Below are positions 50,776 through 63,592 of a stretch of DNA of 64,000 nt, piece after piece. A model generated the notes under the pieces. That model had not been told where the DNA came from. It searched no databases and worked only from the letters and a program-made list of their open reading frames with translations. The DNA lies in the NCBI RefSeq assembly GCF_018977255.1, contig NW_024704743.1, positions 96,598,001 to 96,662,000 of the forward strand. Reading direction: 5' to 3'. Source of the DNA: Callorhinchus milii (taxonomy: Eukaryota). Numbering within the stretch: position 1 is the first letter of the stretch; each line of letters begins with the position of its first letter. The translations under genes and the position numbers were made by a program.

Positions 50776-51290
50776 ATAAAAATTGGCGCCTTGACACCTG
50801 GGAAATGGGGCTGCCAAGTATAGGGATTTGGACAAGAAGAGAATTTCTCTCCCCCCCCATGGCTATTTACTACACAACAGTAAATCAGCATAAAACGTAT
50901 GGACAGTTCAGCAATAAGTGGTCTATAGGTTTTTGCTTCATTAACCCTTGTAGGTCTGGGTGAAATTATACAGAGCTTTTTTTTAGAAATTCTTACCCAT
51001 GATTATTCAGCTCCCTCAGGAGATTTAATTATGTCAGGGAGAGTCCATGGCTATGCAAACTGTATAAGGTTCGTTGGAAGCAATTTTGTAGCAAGGCCTT
51101 TCTCAGCCTGGACTTTCTTAATTTATCTTGCGAAAATAGTAGTAATTCAGGCAGTTGACCATAAAAATTGGAGCCATATTGCCTTGACACCTGGAGAGAT
51201 GGTCTGCCTATTGTTTAGGGACCTGAACAAAAAAGGATTTACCCCTTCCATTATTTTACTGCATGATGGGAAATCAGCATAGAAAGTATG
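50776..51290. repeat. Old diverged direct duplication (about 50776-50901 and 51161-51290)
   Basis: Shared ATAAAAATTGG, GCCTTGACACCTGG and AAATCAGCATA..A.GTATG in the same order. Confidence 0.7.
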
Positions 51291-51442
51291 TTTGTTAGGT
51301 AAGGGTATCAAAGGATACCCTTACCTAACCTAACAAAGACGGGAAATTGGAGTTGAGGTATAGATTCAGCCATGATCTAATAGAATGGCGGAGCAGGCTT
51401 GAGGTACTCACTGACCTACTCCTGTTTCTATGTTGCTATGTT
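51291..51442 (+). mobile_element. CR1 3' tail fragment carrying a perfect hairpin
   Basis: Homologous to 5955-6095. Confidence 0.78.
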
Positions 51443-52109
51443 CAGTCTGTACTGCAGTCACTAATCTTTGATAGCCCCTTACTATTTCAGCACAAACACA
51501 GAAGAAAGACCTTTACCAAAAAATGATTGGCGCAATGGATCCACCGTCCCTCTTGACCAGATCCCCGAAGATGCAAGGCTTATTAATGTCAACATGTTTG
51601 AGAATAAACCTTTCCCTGCGTTACCCTGTCTGATTTCTGATTTTCAAAAAAAATAATAATTGAATATCAGAAATCTAAGTCAGTATCTCCCCTTGTGAAT
51701 ATGAATAGCTAAATGAGAACATCTGTGTTTATTAGAAGAAATAAGAACATTTGTTTTTGTTGGAATTAATGACTGAATTACTATCATTTTCTGAATTGCT
51801 TATATGGAGGTTTTGGCACGTTTGAATGTAAGTAGGAATGTTAAGAATGTGTTGCTAATCTTTGTACGTATTGTAAGTCGAAGTATTCTACTGAGAGATG
51901 TCGGCCTCAACATTGTTATTTTTGCACAGGTATTTTATATATTCTCCCTTTCCTGTGCTTTTTTTTAGAAAAAAAGGTTTCCTTTGCCATGCGCTGTGTC
52001 CTGCCTGAGAAAGATGGGACAGCTCACTTTCTCCCAGGCTTCTGTAAGCAACTGCCTGGAGACTAGTCTTGAGAATTTTCCATCTCCTGCTACCTTTCCC
52101 AGCCATTTT

Positions 52110-52420
52110 CACCATTTGTGCACCCTACTACAGGCAGTCGGACCTTCAGCCTCTCTTTCCCCCACCGCCTGGAACTCCATCCCACATTCCCTTTGCTCCC
52201 TCCCTTGCCTCCTTCAAGGCATGCCACAAGACCCTCCTCTTCTACCATGCCTTTGGCCACCCTCCTACCCTCTCTGCCCTCCACCCTTCCTGATCCCAAC
52301 CGCCCCTCCCCATTCCCCCACGCCCCCCCCACTCGGGTCCTAATCCCTGATTGTTCAGTGCCATGGGACGTCTTCCCGACGTGAAAGGGTCTTTATAAAT
52401 GTAATTTTGTATTGTATTGT
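52110..52420 (+). mobile_element. L2 3' end
   Basis: 3' UTR and tail GGGACGTCTTCCCGACGTGAAAGG, then (TATTG)n. Confidence 0.85.
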
Positions 52421-55149
52421 ACTATAGATTAACTATTATTTCCAAGGCAAAGAATGAATTATGTATTTATAGTCTAGAAGAATTTTCAACTCCAATAGAG
52501 TATATGTGAGTGCGTGGATAAAATTCATTACATTTCACATTCAGTTCCATAAAGTTATTTTTAAATTATATTTTGTCAGTGGTGATTTTCTTTTCATCAT
52601 GCAGCTTGCAGCACAAAATGTCAATGTTTTTGCCAGCAGGCCAGTCCCTGAGGGCTGGGATTCTTCCCATTCTAGTCCTGTTAAATATGGAAGACAAATT
52701 CCTAATGGGTACTCCTTGCTGGATATCTAGCTGGAATCTTGTCACTGTTCACATAGCCTGATTTTCACTGGTCAATTTACACAACGGAAGAAGGTTACAG
52801 TCCAGCAGTAACCAACGCACAATCTGTGGTCCCCCATCTTGCCAACTAAACTCTCTGACATTAAGTTGACAGGGTGCAACCCTCCGGGAAGAGAGTGAGT
52901 ACTCCATCCAGACAAATTCAAATTTCTATAACTCATTGTCTCATTGTTTGGTTTGGATACACTGATGCATGGTGATGGGTTTCCACATCCAACTGTCAAA
53001 AAATAAAAACGTTTTAGCTACCTTCTGTGAAGTATCCTGCAGCATATAGCACACCAGAGTTCATTCAATTAGGATTCTATTTCTTGCATATGCCTGGTTA
53101 TGGGTAACTTCTACTAAGGCAAAGGGATTATAGCAATGGGTCTTAACCTAAGGGTTTCCTTTATGCCACCAGTAACTATCCTTCAAAGCCCTCCATGACC
53201 TTCCTCCCCCCACTTTAATGTTGAGTGGTTTTGTGATCCTTGCATTTGATGTAGCATCTATAACATTGAAAGGTCTCAAAGTGCTTCACAGGAAATTGCT
53301 GTAAAGTGAAGTGATTGTATATTTGGGTACATTTGTTGGCAAATACGGCAGCCAATTTGTGTGTAGCCATATCCCATAAACAGCTGTGAACTGAATGACC
53401 AATTTATCTGAGGGATTGTTGGCTAGTACAATGGGAGGAACTCCTTTCTTTTCTCAAAGATGATACATGCGACTGTGCATTAATGACTTCTAACAGGATT
53501 GCTTATTACAGAATCTCATTAAGAACATGAATTTAGACCCCACAATCTCCGAGAAAAAAATAAGCTATGGAACACTCCAAATCTAAATGAATCACAAGCA
53601 GCTCAGATGCACATCAAATTGTTGAAATTAAACTCAATAACATCAGGTTAGAACTGATATTATATACAGAGTGCTCTAAGTGCCTTGTTCAATATGAAAT
53701 CTACATTGCAAGCAAGCTTAATAGTTTTTAACAAATCTACCACATTGTTAAGTTTTTTGGTGCACATAAGAATTACACTGGGATTTACAGGGTGAAATAT
53801 CACAAGTAGTGTAACACCCAATATTAATGCTGACTTTCAATATTCTGCACATGTTTGTATATGCTGCCAAAAGCTAGTTATCGTTACTAATGGTCAAAAT
53901 TGTTGCCCTGTGAATATAAAATGTTACTGAAGTTTTAATCACAGTTTCTGGGGGGTGTTCCATCAGTCGCTAGGCAAGTGCTAAATCTTGAACTTGAAAG
54001 TGAGCAGAAAGAACAAAGGGAAGATTCATAGATATAGGAAAACATTTTGTATTAACATCACATTCTTCTCCTGTGTGTTGAATGCGTGCACAGTGTTTTT
54101 GTTGGCTGCTTCACTCCTTTTTATGATCGGACTTCATTTCAGCTGCAAGATCTGTTTCTTGCAGAAGCCATAACAAAATGGAGAAGCGGTAAAAGAATCT
54201 CATTATTGGAAGGTTTGTTTTCCATTGTGGCAGACACGGTTTAAAAAAGAAACCACTTGGAACAATATTCATTCTAAATACACTGAACACACTGAATGTG
54301 ACACGGCCTTTTGCTGCTGAAAGCTGTGAAACATTAGAATTCAAGGTTCTTTTTTGTTAAAATTATACTTTTTGGTGATTTTTTTCACGCTCGTCAAACC
54401 TGAGGAATGTCATTGCAAGAGAACGGTACGCATTTCCAGTTTTGGGCCCAGGTTTTGGCATCAAGGATTCTCAGGCCAAGTCAACAAGACTGATATTTCT
54501 TGAGAAAATATCTGTTTGTCCTGCCGCATGATGTACCTTAACCCCACCTTCAGACGGTATCCCTACTACCCCGTGTAAATGTTTCCACTCCCGACACCAG
54601 CTTTCCTTATGCTCTATCTGAATTCTTGCCAAATTAGAGCTAATTTGTGTCAAATTGTGAGAAGTTTTGTGCTTAGGCCTACGCCTATTAGCAGCTGGTT
54701 TGAGACGACCCAAACATATTTTATGTAGGATCCTGGCAGTCAGCAGAGAGAATAAGGGGAGATTTTCACCTCATGAGTTTGAGCTGGTCCCAGAAATGAA
54801 GGGATGGTTTGCTGCACCACCAGACACCCCCTATTACTTGGCTGAGTGGCCAGTAAGAAACCTAGAGAAAGTGCCAGTATCATTTAGTCTTTTTTAATCC
54901 TCATGCACCATTTAACATGCTGGGATGGAAAATACAGTCATTGGGAAGGTGGCAGTGTAACTGATGCCTTGACGCTGGTTAAAAGGTCTTGGGTTGTAAA
55001 GTGTGTCTCCTGCAGGGAACCCCGTGTATACTAGGTAGACTTGCGATTACTTAGCTCCGAGGAGAACTTGGCTCATCTCTTTTTCCAGCATTGCAGTAGT
55101 TATGATGATGCTTTCCAAACAAGTGTTTTTTTTTAATCTCAGTATTTAA

Positions 55150-55560
55150 CCATTGGCTCAGTTGCCATCACTCTTCTCACCTATAAGTCAGAAGGCTGTG
55201 GTTTCAAGCCCTTCTTTGGGGCTCCAGCTCACAGTCTTGACTGACATTCCAATACACTACGTTGGAGCACTGCATTGTTGGAGGTGCAGATGAGATATTA
55301 AGCAGAGGTCTTGTTTCTCTGTACAGGTGCATGTTAAAGATCCCATGGCATGATACCAAAATGAAGGGAATTTCTCCCAATGTCTTGATCAACAATCCTG
55401 CAGATAAAATTGGTAATTCACTTCAAGGCTGTTTGTAGGACATTGCTGTGCGCACATTAACTGCCACTTTCGTGTACATGGTCACTGCACATCACAGTCA
55501 GAGGTGCTTCACTGATGTAATAAGCTGTTATATCAAATGCAAAGGATAATTGTTATTATT
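55150..55560 (+). mobile_element. SINE family B copy
   Basis: Head, Deu core and tail are all present. Confidence 0.78.
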
Positions 55561-56530
55561 GCACTTTTTAAAAAATTACTGATTAAATACAGGCTAGGGG
55601 GAGACCTTGTGCAGAAATCCTGAGGATTTTCCCAGCAACTATTTCTTAAAGAAGTTTTGGAAACACTTTAACTGTCTAACAGGTTGCCAAGGTTCAAGGC
55701 ATGGGAGCAGTTCAGATGATGAAAAAGTACATGAAGGATGGAGACTGCCCTAGAACAGTGTAAAAATGGAGAGTGAGGCATTAATATGTGTGTTTTGCAT
55801 GCTGTAAAAACTGCCCCCTATACTGTACAGCTACTGGTAATCAATTTAGTTTTCAATGAATGTCTGAGGCTTATGTTACTGTCTTCTTTACTGCCTTAAC
55901 AATATAATTTCTGTAAAATGCCATAGTAAAATTGAGATACATGTTATGGTATATTAATGACTTCTTTACGAGTTCTGAATAGCATGGGACATGTGAATCT
56001 TTACTTTCACTCATTGCAATGTAAGTCAGCTGCAGGAAATTTTTGTCTACTTGTCTGAACACTTTGGTAAAGATATTTTAAAATGTCTTATATTTAAAAT
56101 ATGCAAACATTAGATGTTTGATAACAAATCTGATCTTCGGTGCATGGCATGTTCCAAAAATGTTTGTGATGCTGATTGCAGAGAGCAGTGTATTTGTGCT
56201 GTTAAGAATAGGATACTGACTTAAACCAGAATCCTGTCACACAGGTGCTGTCTCTGGGACTGATAAAAAGTATTTTTGTTCTCTATTTCTGAGTGGATAT
56301 TCAAGATAACAAGATTAGTTTGGATGAAAAAGGCCCTTTGGCAAATCTGATCTCATCCTTCCAGAAAACCCACTTTAATATCCTCCTGTCAAGCTGTTTT
56401 TTAAATGCTTTTTGAACTGTTTCAGTATCCTGGCCTCAACCACCCTTCCTGGCAACGAGTTCCAGTTGTTTCCTGATACATGAAGCTCTGCCATTTCTTA
56501 ACAGACTTGATGGGTTAATTATTCCATTAA

Positions 56531-56763
56531 TGAGTGGAAATTCCACCTGGATCTAGATTTACTCTTCGTATTTTAGAGCATCCAAAATTTGTCAAGTTCT
56601 TCAAAAAAGTCTTTAATTTTGAAGCCTGCATTTTGTAAGTTCATTTTAAGAATTGCAGAAAACAAGCTTTAAAGTTAAAACTAAATTCTACAACTTATCA
56701 AATTCTGCACACTGAAATGCTACTTTAGTAGAGTAAATCTAGACTAAGTTGGAATTTTACCTG
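56531..56763. mobile_element. MITE-like element with imperfect TIRs of about 33 bp
   Basis: Left AAATTCCACCTGGATCTAGATTTACTCT, right AGAGTAAATCTAGACTAAGTTGGAATTT. A related right end occurs at about 21480-21553. Confidence 0.65.
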
Positions 56764-57334
56764 TCATAAAAGGATGGAAAGAGCACAGAATTGGCATTAA
56801 AAGTATATAGTGCCAGTAGGAGAGCCAGCACCGGTCTAGACCTGAACTCACTTCATGTTTGAGGTCTCAGGAGTCACCATCATAGACATGGGACTTACCA
56901 TATAACATACAGTTTACAGTTTGTGGTGCTTTGTCCTACAACCAGGCACCAATAATGCTGTCACTATCCTGAGGAATGCTTTTTGAATGCCCATTGGAAC
57001 AGATTATTTTTGTCCCATGGTTAGTGTGCTTAGAATGAATTGAATACATCAGAAAATATAAGCAATAAACTTTCATCAAACCTGCTGTTGATCAGTCAGA
57101 TTCGAAGAATGCATCAATAGTCACTTCATGTTTCATCAAGTAGCATTATAGATTTTGACGGCTCCTGAGACTCTCAGTCTTTCCTTTACCTCGTATTATA
57201 CAATACAATACAAAATTACATTTGTATAGTGCCTTTTACATCTGGAGGACGTCCCAAGGCGCTGGGTTATGACACACTATATGATCCTAGTCACTGACTG
57301 CAGCATCAGTTTGCACAATTGTGAAAGGTGATGA

Positions 57335-60300
57335 TACTCAACTGGAAGAGGGCTAATTTCATTGAGTTAAAAAAGAACCTAGCCAAGGTGGACTGGAAAG
57401 AAAGATTGGCAGATAGAACAGCTAATGAGCAATGGGAAGCCTTCAAGGAGGAGATAGTTCGTGGACAGAACAAATACATTCCCACAAAAGGGAAAACAAC
57501 AAGATAACAAGATTACATTTGTATAGCGCCTTTCATGTCGGGAGGACGTCCCAAGGCACTGGACAGAGTACAGCATTTCAGACCTGAGCTGGAGTTGGGG
57601 GGGGGGAAGGGAGGGGAGGGGAAGGGGGGTGGCCGATGGCATGGTCGAAGAGGAGGATCTTGAGGCGGGACTTGAAGGAGGCTAAGGAGGGGGAGAGGTG
57701 GAGTGACTGGGGGGTGGAATTCCAGAGGTTGGGGGCAGAATGGCTGAAGGCTCTCCCGCCAATGGTGGGACGGGTGGGTCGGTGAACGTGGAACAGGCCA
57801 GAACTGGCTGAGTGGAGGGAACGTGCGGGTTGTTTGGGGGTTTAGGAGGTAGCAGAGGTAGGGTGGGGCGAGGCCATGTAGGGCTTTGTATGTGAGGACC
57901 AGGATCTTGAACTGGGTCCTCTGAAAGATAGGGAGCCAATGGAGTCGGGCGAGAGTGGGGGAGATGGGGCCACAGAGCTTGGTGCGGGAGAGGATATGGG
58001 CTGCAGAGTTCTGGATTATCTGCAGCCTGTGGAGGGAGGAGTTGGGAAGACCGACAAGCAGGGCGTTTGCATAGTCGAGCCTGGAGGTGATGAAGGTATG
58101 AACAAGAGTTTCAGCGGCCTGAGGGGTGAGGGAAGGCAGAGCAGGTCATGGCTTGAATGTGGGGGAGAAAAGACAGTTGAGGGTCGAACAAGACACCTGG
58201 GTTCCTGACTGGCTTGGTGAGTTGTAATGTGCAACCATGGAGGTTGATGTTGCCAGAGCCTGAGGTGCAGAGGCTCTGGCGCGAGCCAATCAGGAGGGCC
58301 TCAGTCTTGTTCACATTCAACTGTAGGAAATTTGCCCTCATCCAGGACTTGATGTCTGACAGGCAGTCTGTCAGCACAGCAGTGGTCCTGGAGTTGAGGG
58401 TGGAGGCAGAAAGATAGAGTTGGGTGTCATCCGCATACATATGGAAGTTGACCCCATGTCTGCGGATGATGTCACCAAGGGGGAGCGTATAGATATTAAA
58501 GAGGAGAGGGCCAAGGACAGAGCCCTTGGTGACGTCAGACATGACAGTACGGGGAATGGAGGAGAAACCGTTAGAGGCAACGAAGTGGAGATGGTGAGAG
58601 AGACAGGAATCGAACCAGGCAAGGGCAGATCCGTGTAGATTGAATAAAGCGGAGAGGCAGTGTATGAGGATGGAGTGGTCGACAGTGTCGAAGGCGGCAG
58701 AGAGGTCGAGGAGGACAAGGAGGCAGAGGGAGCCCTGATCACAGATGTTCAGAATGTCATTAGTGACTTTGACCAGGGCTGTTTCCGTGCTGTGGGCAAT
58801 GTGGAAGACGGATTGGAGGGGTTCAAAGAGGGAATGGCGAGGGAGAAAGGAGAGGAGCTGGGACGTGGTGACTCGTTCCAGGACCTTGGAGAAGAATGGA
58901 AGGTTAGAGATGGGACGATAGCTTGGGTAGCAATGGGAGGTTAGAGAGGAGGGATGGATCCAGGGAAGGTGTTTTCAAGATGGAATTGATGACAGCTGTT
59001 TTTACGGGGGTGGGAACTGAACTGATAGATGAGAAGGGGTTGATGACATCGGAAAGGAGAGGGGACAGAAGGTGGAGCTGGGAGCCGAGGAGAGAGGTGG
59101 GGATGGGATCGAGGGAGCAGGTGGTGGGTTTGAGTTTGCGGACAGTCATGGTGAGGGAGGAGGGAGAGATAGGGTCGAAGGAGTATAGGGGGGGATGGGT
59201 GGGTCATGAGGGAGAGGTGATGTGGGTGTGGCTGTGGACGGGGCTGAGGTCCCTGAACGTATCCCTTCGAAAAGTGGGGCATCCAAACCTCCCTGGATGA
59301 CTAAGGAAATTGGCATTAAAAGAAAACAGAAAATGAGAAGCTTATGATAAATGAGAGGTCCAAAATACTGAATAGGTACTGTCTTCATGAAAGAAGAGGA
59401 TACAGCCAATGCCACAGTATTGGCGGAGAGGGTAGAGAAATTGAATAAGATAAGAATAAACAAGAATAAACAGAGAGGAGGTATGAAAAATGTTGACAGT
59501 GCTCAAGGTAGATAAATCACCTTGTCTGGTTGGGTTGCATCCTAAGTTACTGCGGGAAATAAGGGTGGAAATAGCGGAGACTCTGGCCACAATCTTTGAA
59601 TCCTCTTTGGAGTGGTGCCAGAGGACTGGAGAGTTGCAAATGTTACTCCTCTACAAAAAGGATATACCTGGGAACTACAGGCCAGTCGGCCTAACATCAG
59701 TAGTGGTGAAACCCCTACAGTCTATAATAATAATAAATAAATAAATTTTCACTAAGAAAAATATGGGTTAATAAAGGACACCCAATATGGATTTGTTAAA
59801 GCAAACCTTGTCTAACAAACCTGATAGAGTTTTTTGATGAAGTAACAGAGAGGGTGGATGAAGGTAGTGCAGTTGATATAGTTTATATGGATTTTCAAAA
59901 GACATTTGATAAAGTGTCACATAAGAGACTTGTAAGCAAAATAGAAGCCCATGGTATTAAAGTGACAGTAGTAGCATGGATACAGAATTGGTTGGGAGAC
60001 AGAAAGCAGAGAGGTGATGAATGATTGTTTCCTGACTGGAGGGAAGTGGGCAATGGTGTCCCCCAGGGGTTGGTATTGGGACCACTGCTCTTTTTGATCT
60101 ATATACATGACCTGGGACTTATAGGGAGTACAATTTCCAAGTTTGCAGATGATACTAAGCTAGGAAATGTAATAAACAGTGAGGAGGATAGTAGCAGACT
60201 ACAAGGGGGCATAGACAGACTGGTAAAATGGGCAGACACATGGCGGATGAAGTTTAATGTGGAGAAATGCGCAGTGATACATTTTGGGAAGAAAAATGAT

Positions 60301-61053
60301 GAGAGGCAATATAGCTAGATGGTACAATCTTAAAAGGGGTGAAGGAACAGAGCTACCTGGGAGTTCATATAAGTAAATCTTTGAAGGTGGCAGGACAGGT
60401 AGCTAAAGCTGTTAAAAAAACATATGGGATACTAGGCTTTATAAATAGGGGCATAGAATATAAAAGTCAGGAAGTTATGATGAACCTTTATAAAACACTG
60501 GTAAGGTCTCAGCTAGAGTATTGTGTTCAGTTCTGGGCACCACACTTTAGGATGGATGTTAAGGCATTGGAGAGGGTGCAAAGGAGATTTATCAGAATGG
60601 TACCAGGAATGAGGGATTTCATTTATGAGGAAAGGCAAGAGAATCTAAGATTATTCTCCTTGGAGCAGAGAAGATTAAGACGAGACTTAATAGACATTTT
60701 CAAAATTCTGAAGGGATTCGATAGGGTGAACAAGGAAAATTATTTCCACTGGCCGGTGAGTCAGAAATCCGAGGACACCGATTTAAAATAGTTCTTAAAA
60801 GAAACAGAGGGGGGGTGAGGAGAAACTTTTTCAAACAGTCAGTTGTTCGGATCTTGAATTCATTGCCTGAAATGGTGGTGGAAACTGATTTGATAACAAC
60901 TTTTAAGAGAGACATAGATAATTATTTGGAGAGGACCAGTTTTTAGGGCTATGGGGAGAGAGCGGGGGAGTGGGATTGATTTGGATAGCTCTTTTTCAAG
61001 AGCCAATGGGCACAATGGTGTCCTTCTGTGCTACATAATTCTATGATTCTATG
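57335..61053 (+). mobile_element. CR1 LINE ORF2 pseudogene split by L2
   Basis: NWKRANF...EQWEAFKEEI before the L2. After it: PPWMTKEI, GNYRPVGLTS, GVPQGLVLGPLLFLIYI, KFADDTKLG and LEYCVQFWAP. Ends in (ATTCTATG)n. Confidence 0.93.
57498..59265 (-). mobile_element. 5'-truncated L2 (about 1.8 kb) inserted into a CR1
   Basis: [30 protein letters not shown] and NFLQLNVNKTEALLIG, with frameshifts. Tail at 57498-57565. Confidence 0.93.
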
Positions 61054-61405
61054 AATTGGTCATCTCAGTAATAGTGTAAAAGCCTGTAAGTATTTTACAA
61101 CAACATTACTTTCAGGCAGATGTAATTCAGCTCACAGAATACATAGTGCAACAGAATTTCTCCTTCTGCATCCGTCATGGCACGCTGTTGGTGCAGACAA
61201 AGTAGCTTCATAATATGACAATCTCCACAAGGAAAAACTGCAATATTCCCAGCTTTTTGGTCAAATAAAAATGTAAGAGAGGCCAAGCAAACCCTTCAGC
61301 AGCATTCCAGATTCTTACAACACTCCATGTAGGAATATGTGGTAGCACTCTCACCTCAGAGTCAGAAGGTTGCAGGTTCAAGCCCTGTGTTGGGAATTGG
61401 AATTA

Positions 61406-61613
61406 CATAATAATAATCCTTGCATTTGGTATAGCGCTTTTCACGTCGGGAGGACGTCCCAAAGCGCTTCACAGAACACACTGTAAAGTGAATTGACTGT
61501 ATATTTGTGGGCGAACGCGGCAGCCAATTGCGCACAGCAATGTCCCACAAACAGTCGTAGATTGAAAATGACCAATTTATTATTGTTTTATTTTTTTGGA
61601 GGGATTATTATTA
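61406..61613 (-). mobile_element. Young 5'-truncated SINE family A copy inserted into a family B SINE
   Basis: Near-identical reverse complement of the 19376 and 44603 copies. Confidence 0.9.
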
Positions 61614-61769
61614 TCATAGCCTAAGCTCAGACTCCAATGTAGTGTTGGGGATTCACTGCATTGTCAGAGGTGCCATTCTTCAGACGTTAAACCAACGTCC
61701 CATCTGCCTATTCAGGTGGATGTTAAAGATCCTATGGCACTTTTTGAAAAGAGAAGGGAGTTTCAAAGG

Positions 61770-63592
61770 ACCCCAAGATCCTGTTTTCCACCACCACCCG
61801 GCTCCTCCATCCACCCTCCCTGGAACCTGGACTCCTTGAGTTCAAATTCCAGGGGTTCCGTTCCGCTGCCTCCTCCCTCCAAACTACCACTCCCTCCCCT
61901 TGTCCCCACCCACGCTCCAACATGTACCCATCCCTCCCTCCACATTTTTGAACCTATCTCCCCCTCCTCTCTCATCACCACCATATCCGGCATGAAACAC
62001 ACCACCTGCTCCCTTGAACCCATCCCCACCCCTCTCCTTACCTCCCAGATCCAACCCCCTGCCACTCTACTCTCCGACACCATCAATCTCTCCCTATCAT
62101 CTGGCACCATTCCCATCCCCCTGAAAACAGATATGATCACTCCCATCACTGCTTTCTAACTACCGGCCTGTCTTCAACCTCCCTTTTCTTTCCATGGTCC
62201 TTGAAAGAGTTGTTGCTTCCCAACCGCTCATTGTTCTCCTACCATTCCCTTCACGAGCCCCTATTGCTCACAGCACAGAAACTGTTCTGGTCAAAGTGAC
62301 AAATGACATCCTGTCCATCTGTGACAAGGGCTCCCTCTGCTTCCTCGACCTCCTCTGCCTCCTCAACCTCTCTGCTGCCTTTGATACCGTGGACCACTCC
62401 ATCCTCCTCCACCGCCTCTCCTCTCACCTCAACCTTCAAGGTTCTGTCCTTGAATGGTTCAGGTTTTATCTCTCACACTGTCTCCAATTTGATCCGCCAA
62501 TAGTTTCTCTTCCAGCCCCCGCACAGTCTCATGTGGTGTTCCTCAGGGCTCTGTTCCTGGTCCCCTCCTCTTTAACCTCTACATGCTCCCATATGTACTA
62601 GGATGACACCCAACTCTCTCTCTCTGCCTCCACCCTTGATTCCAGGACAACCGACATCTGTCTGACATCAAGTCCTGGATGAGAGCCAACTTTCTACAGC
62701 TGAATGTCAGCAAGACTGAGGCCCTCCTGATTGGCTCACACCAGCGCCTTTGCACCTCAGGTACTGGCAACATCAGCATCCACGGTTGCATACTCTACCT
62801 CACCAAACCAGTCAGGAACCTGGGCGTATTGTTCAACCCTCAACTGTCTCCTCCATACCTGTGTCATGACCTGCTCTGTCTTCCCCCACCTCCACAACAT
62901 TGCCCGACTCCACCACTGCTTCACCTCTAAGACCACCGAAACCCTCATACATGCATTTGTCACCTCAAGGCTCAACTACGTAAACTCCCTCCTTGTCGGC
63001 CTCCCCAACTCTCTCCTCCATAAGCTGCTGATCATCCAGAACTCTGCAGCTTGTGGCCTGTCCTACACCAGGCTCCGTGACCCCATCACACAAACCCTCG
63101 CCTGGCTCCCCACACGAGGGGCTCCCCACACGAGGGGCTCCCCATACACTGTCTCCCCATCCCTCAGAGGACAGAATTCGAAATCCTCGTCCTCACCTTC
63201 AAGCCCCTCCACGTCCTTGCCCCCTCCTACATCTCTGACCTGCTGTCCGCCTATCAACCTGTCTGCTCCCTCAACTCAGCAGGCTCCGCCTGCTCCAGGT
63301 CTCCCGCCCGACCTGCCCTACAATTGGCGATTGGGCTTCCAGCCTCTCTGCCCCCATTCTTTGGAACTCCATCCCACAATCCCTTTGCTTTGCTCCCTCT
63401 CTTGCCTCCTTCAAGGCACGACTCAAGACAATCCTTTTCGACTGTACCTTCGGCCGCCTCCTATCTCTCTGCCCTCCCTCACTCCAACCCTGCACCCCAA
63501 GCTCGGGTCCTGATCCCTGACTGTTCAGTGTCTTGGGACATCCTCCCGACGTGAAAGGCGCTTTACATATGTAATTTTATTGTTGTTATTGT
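61770..63592 (+). mobile_element. 5'-truncated L2 (about 1.8 kb)
   Basis: [35 protein letters not shown] and NFLQLNVSKTE. Complete tail. Confidence 0.93.

Noticed and set aside
59490..60791. Functional reverse transcriptase gene
   Set aside because: CR1 ORF2 is broken by frameshifts, stops, deletions and an L2 insertion. All L2 ORFs in the window are likewise broken.
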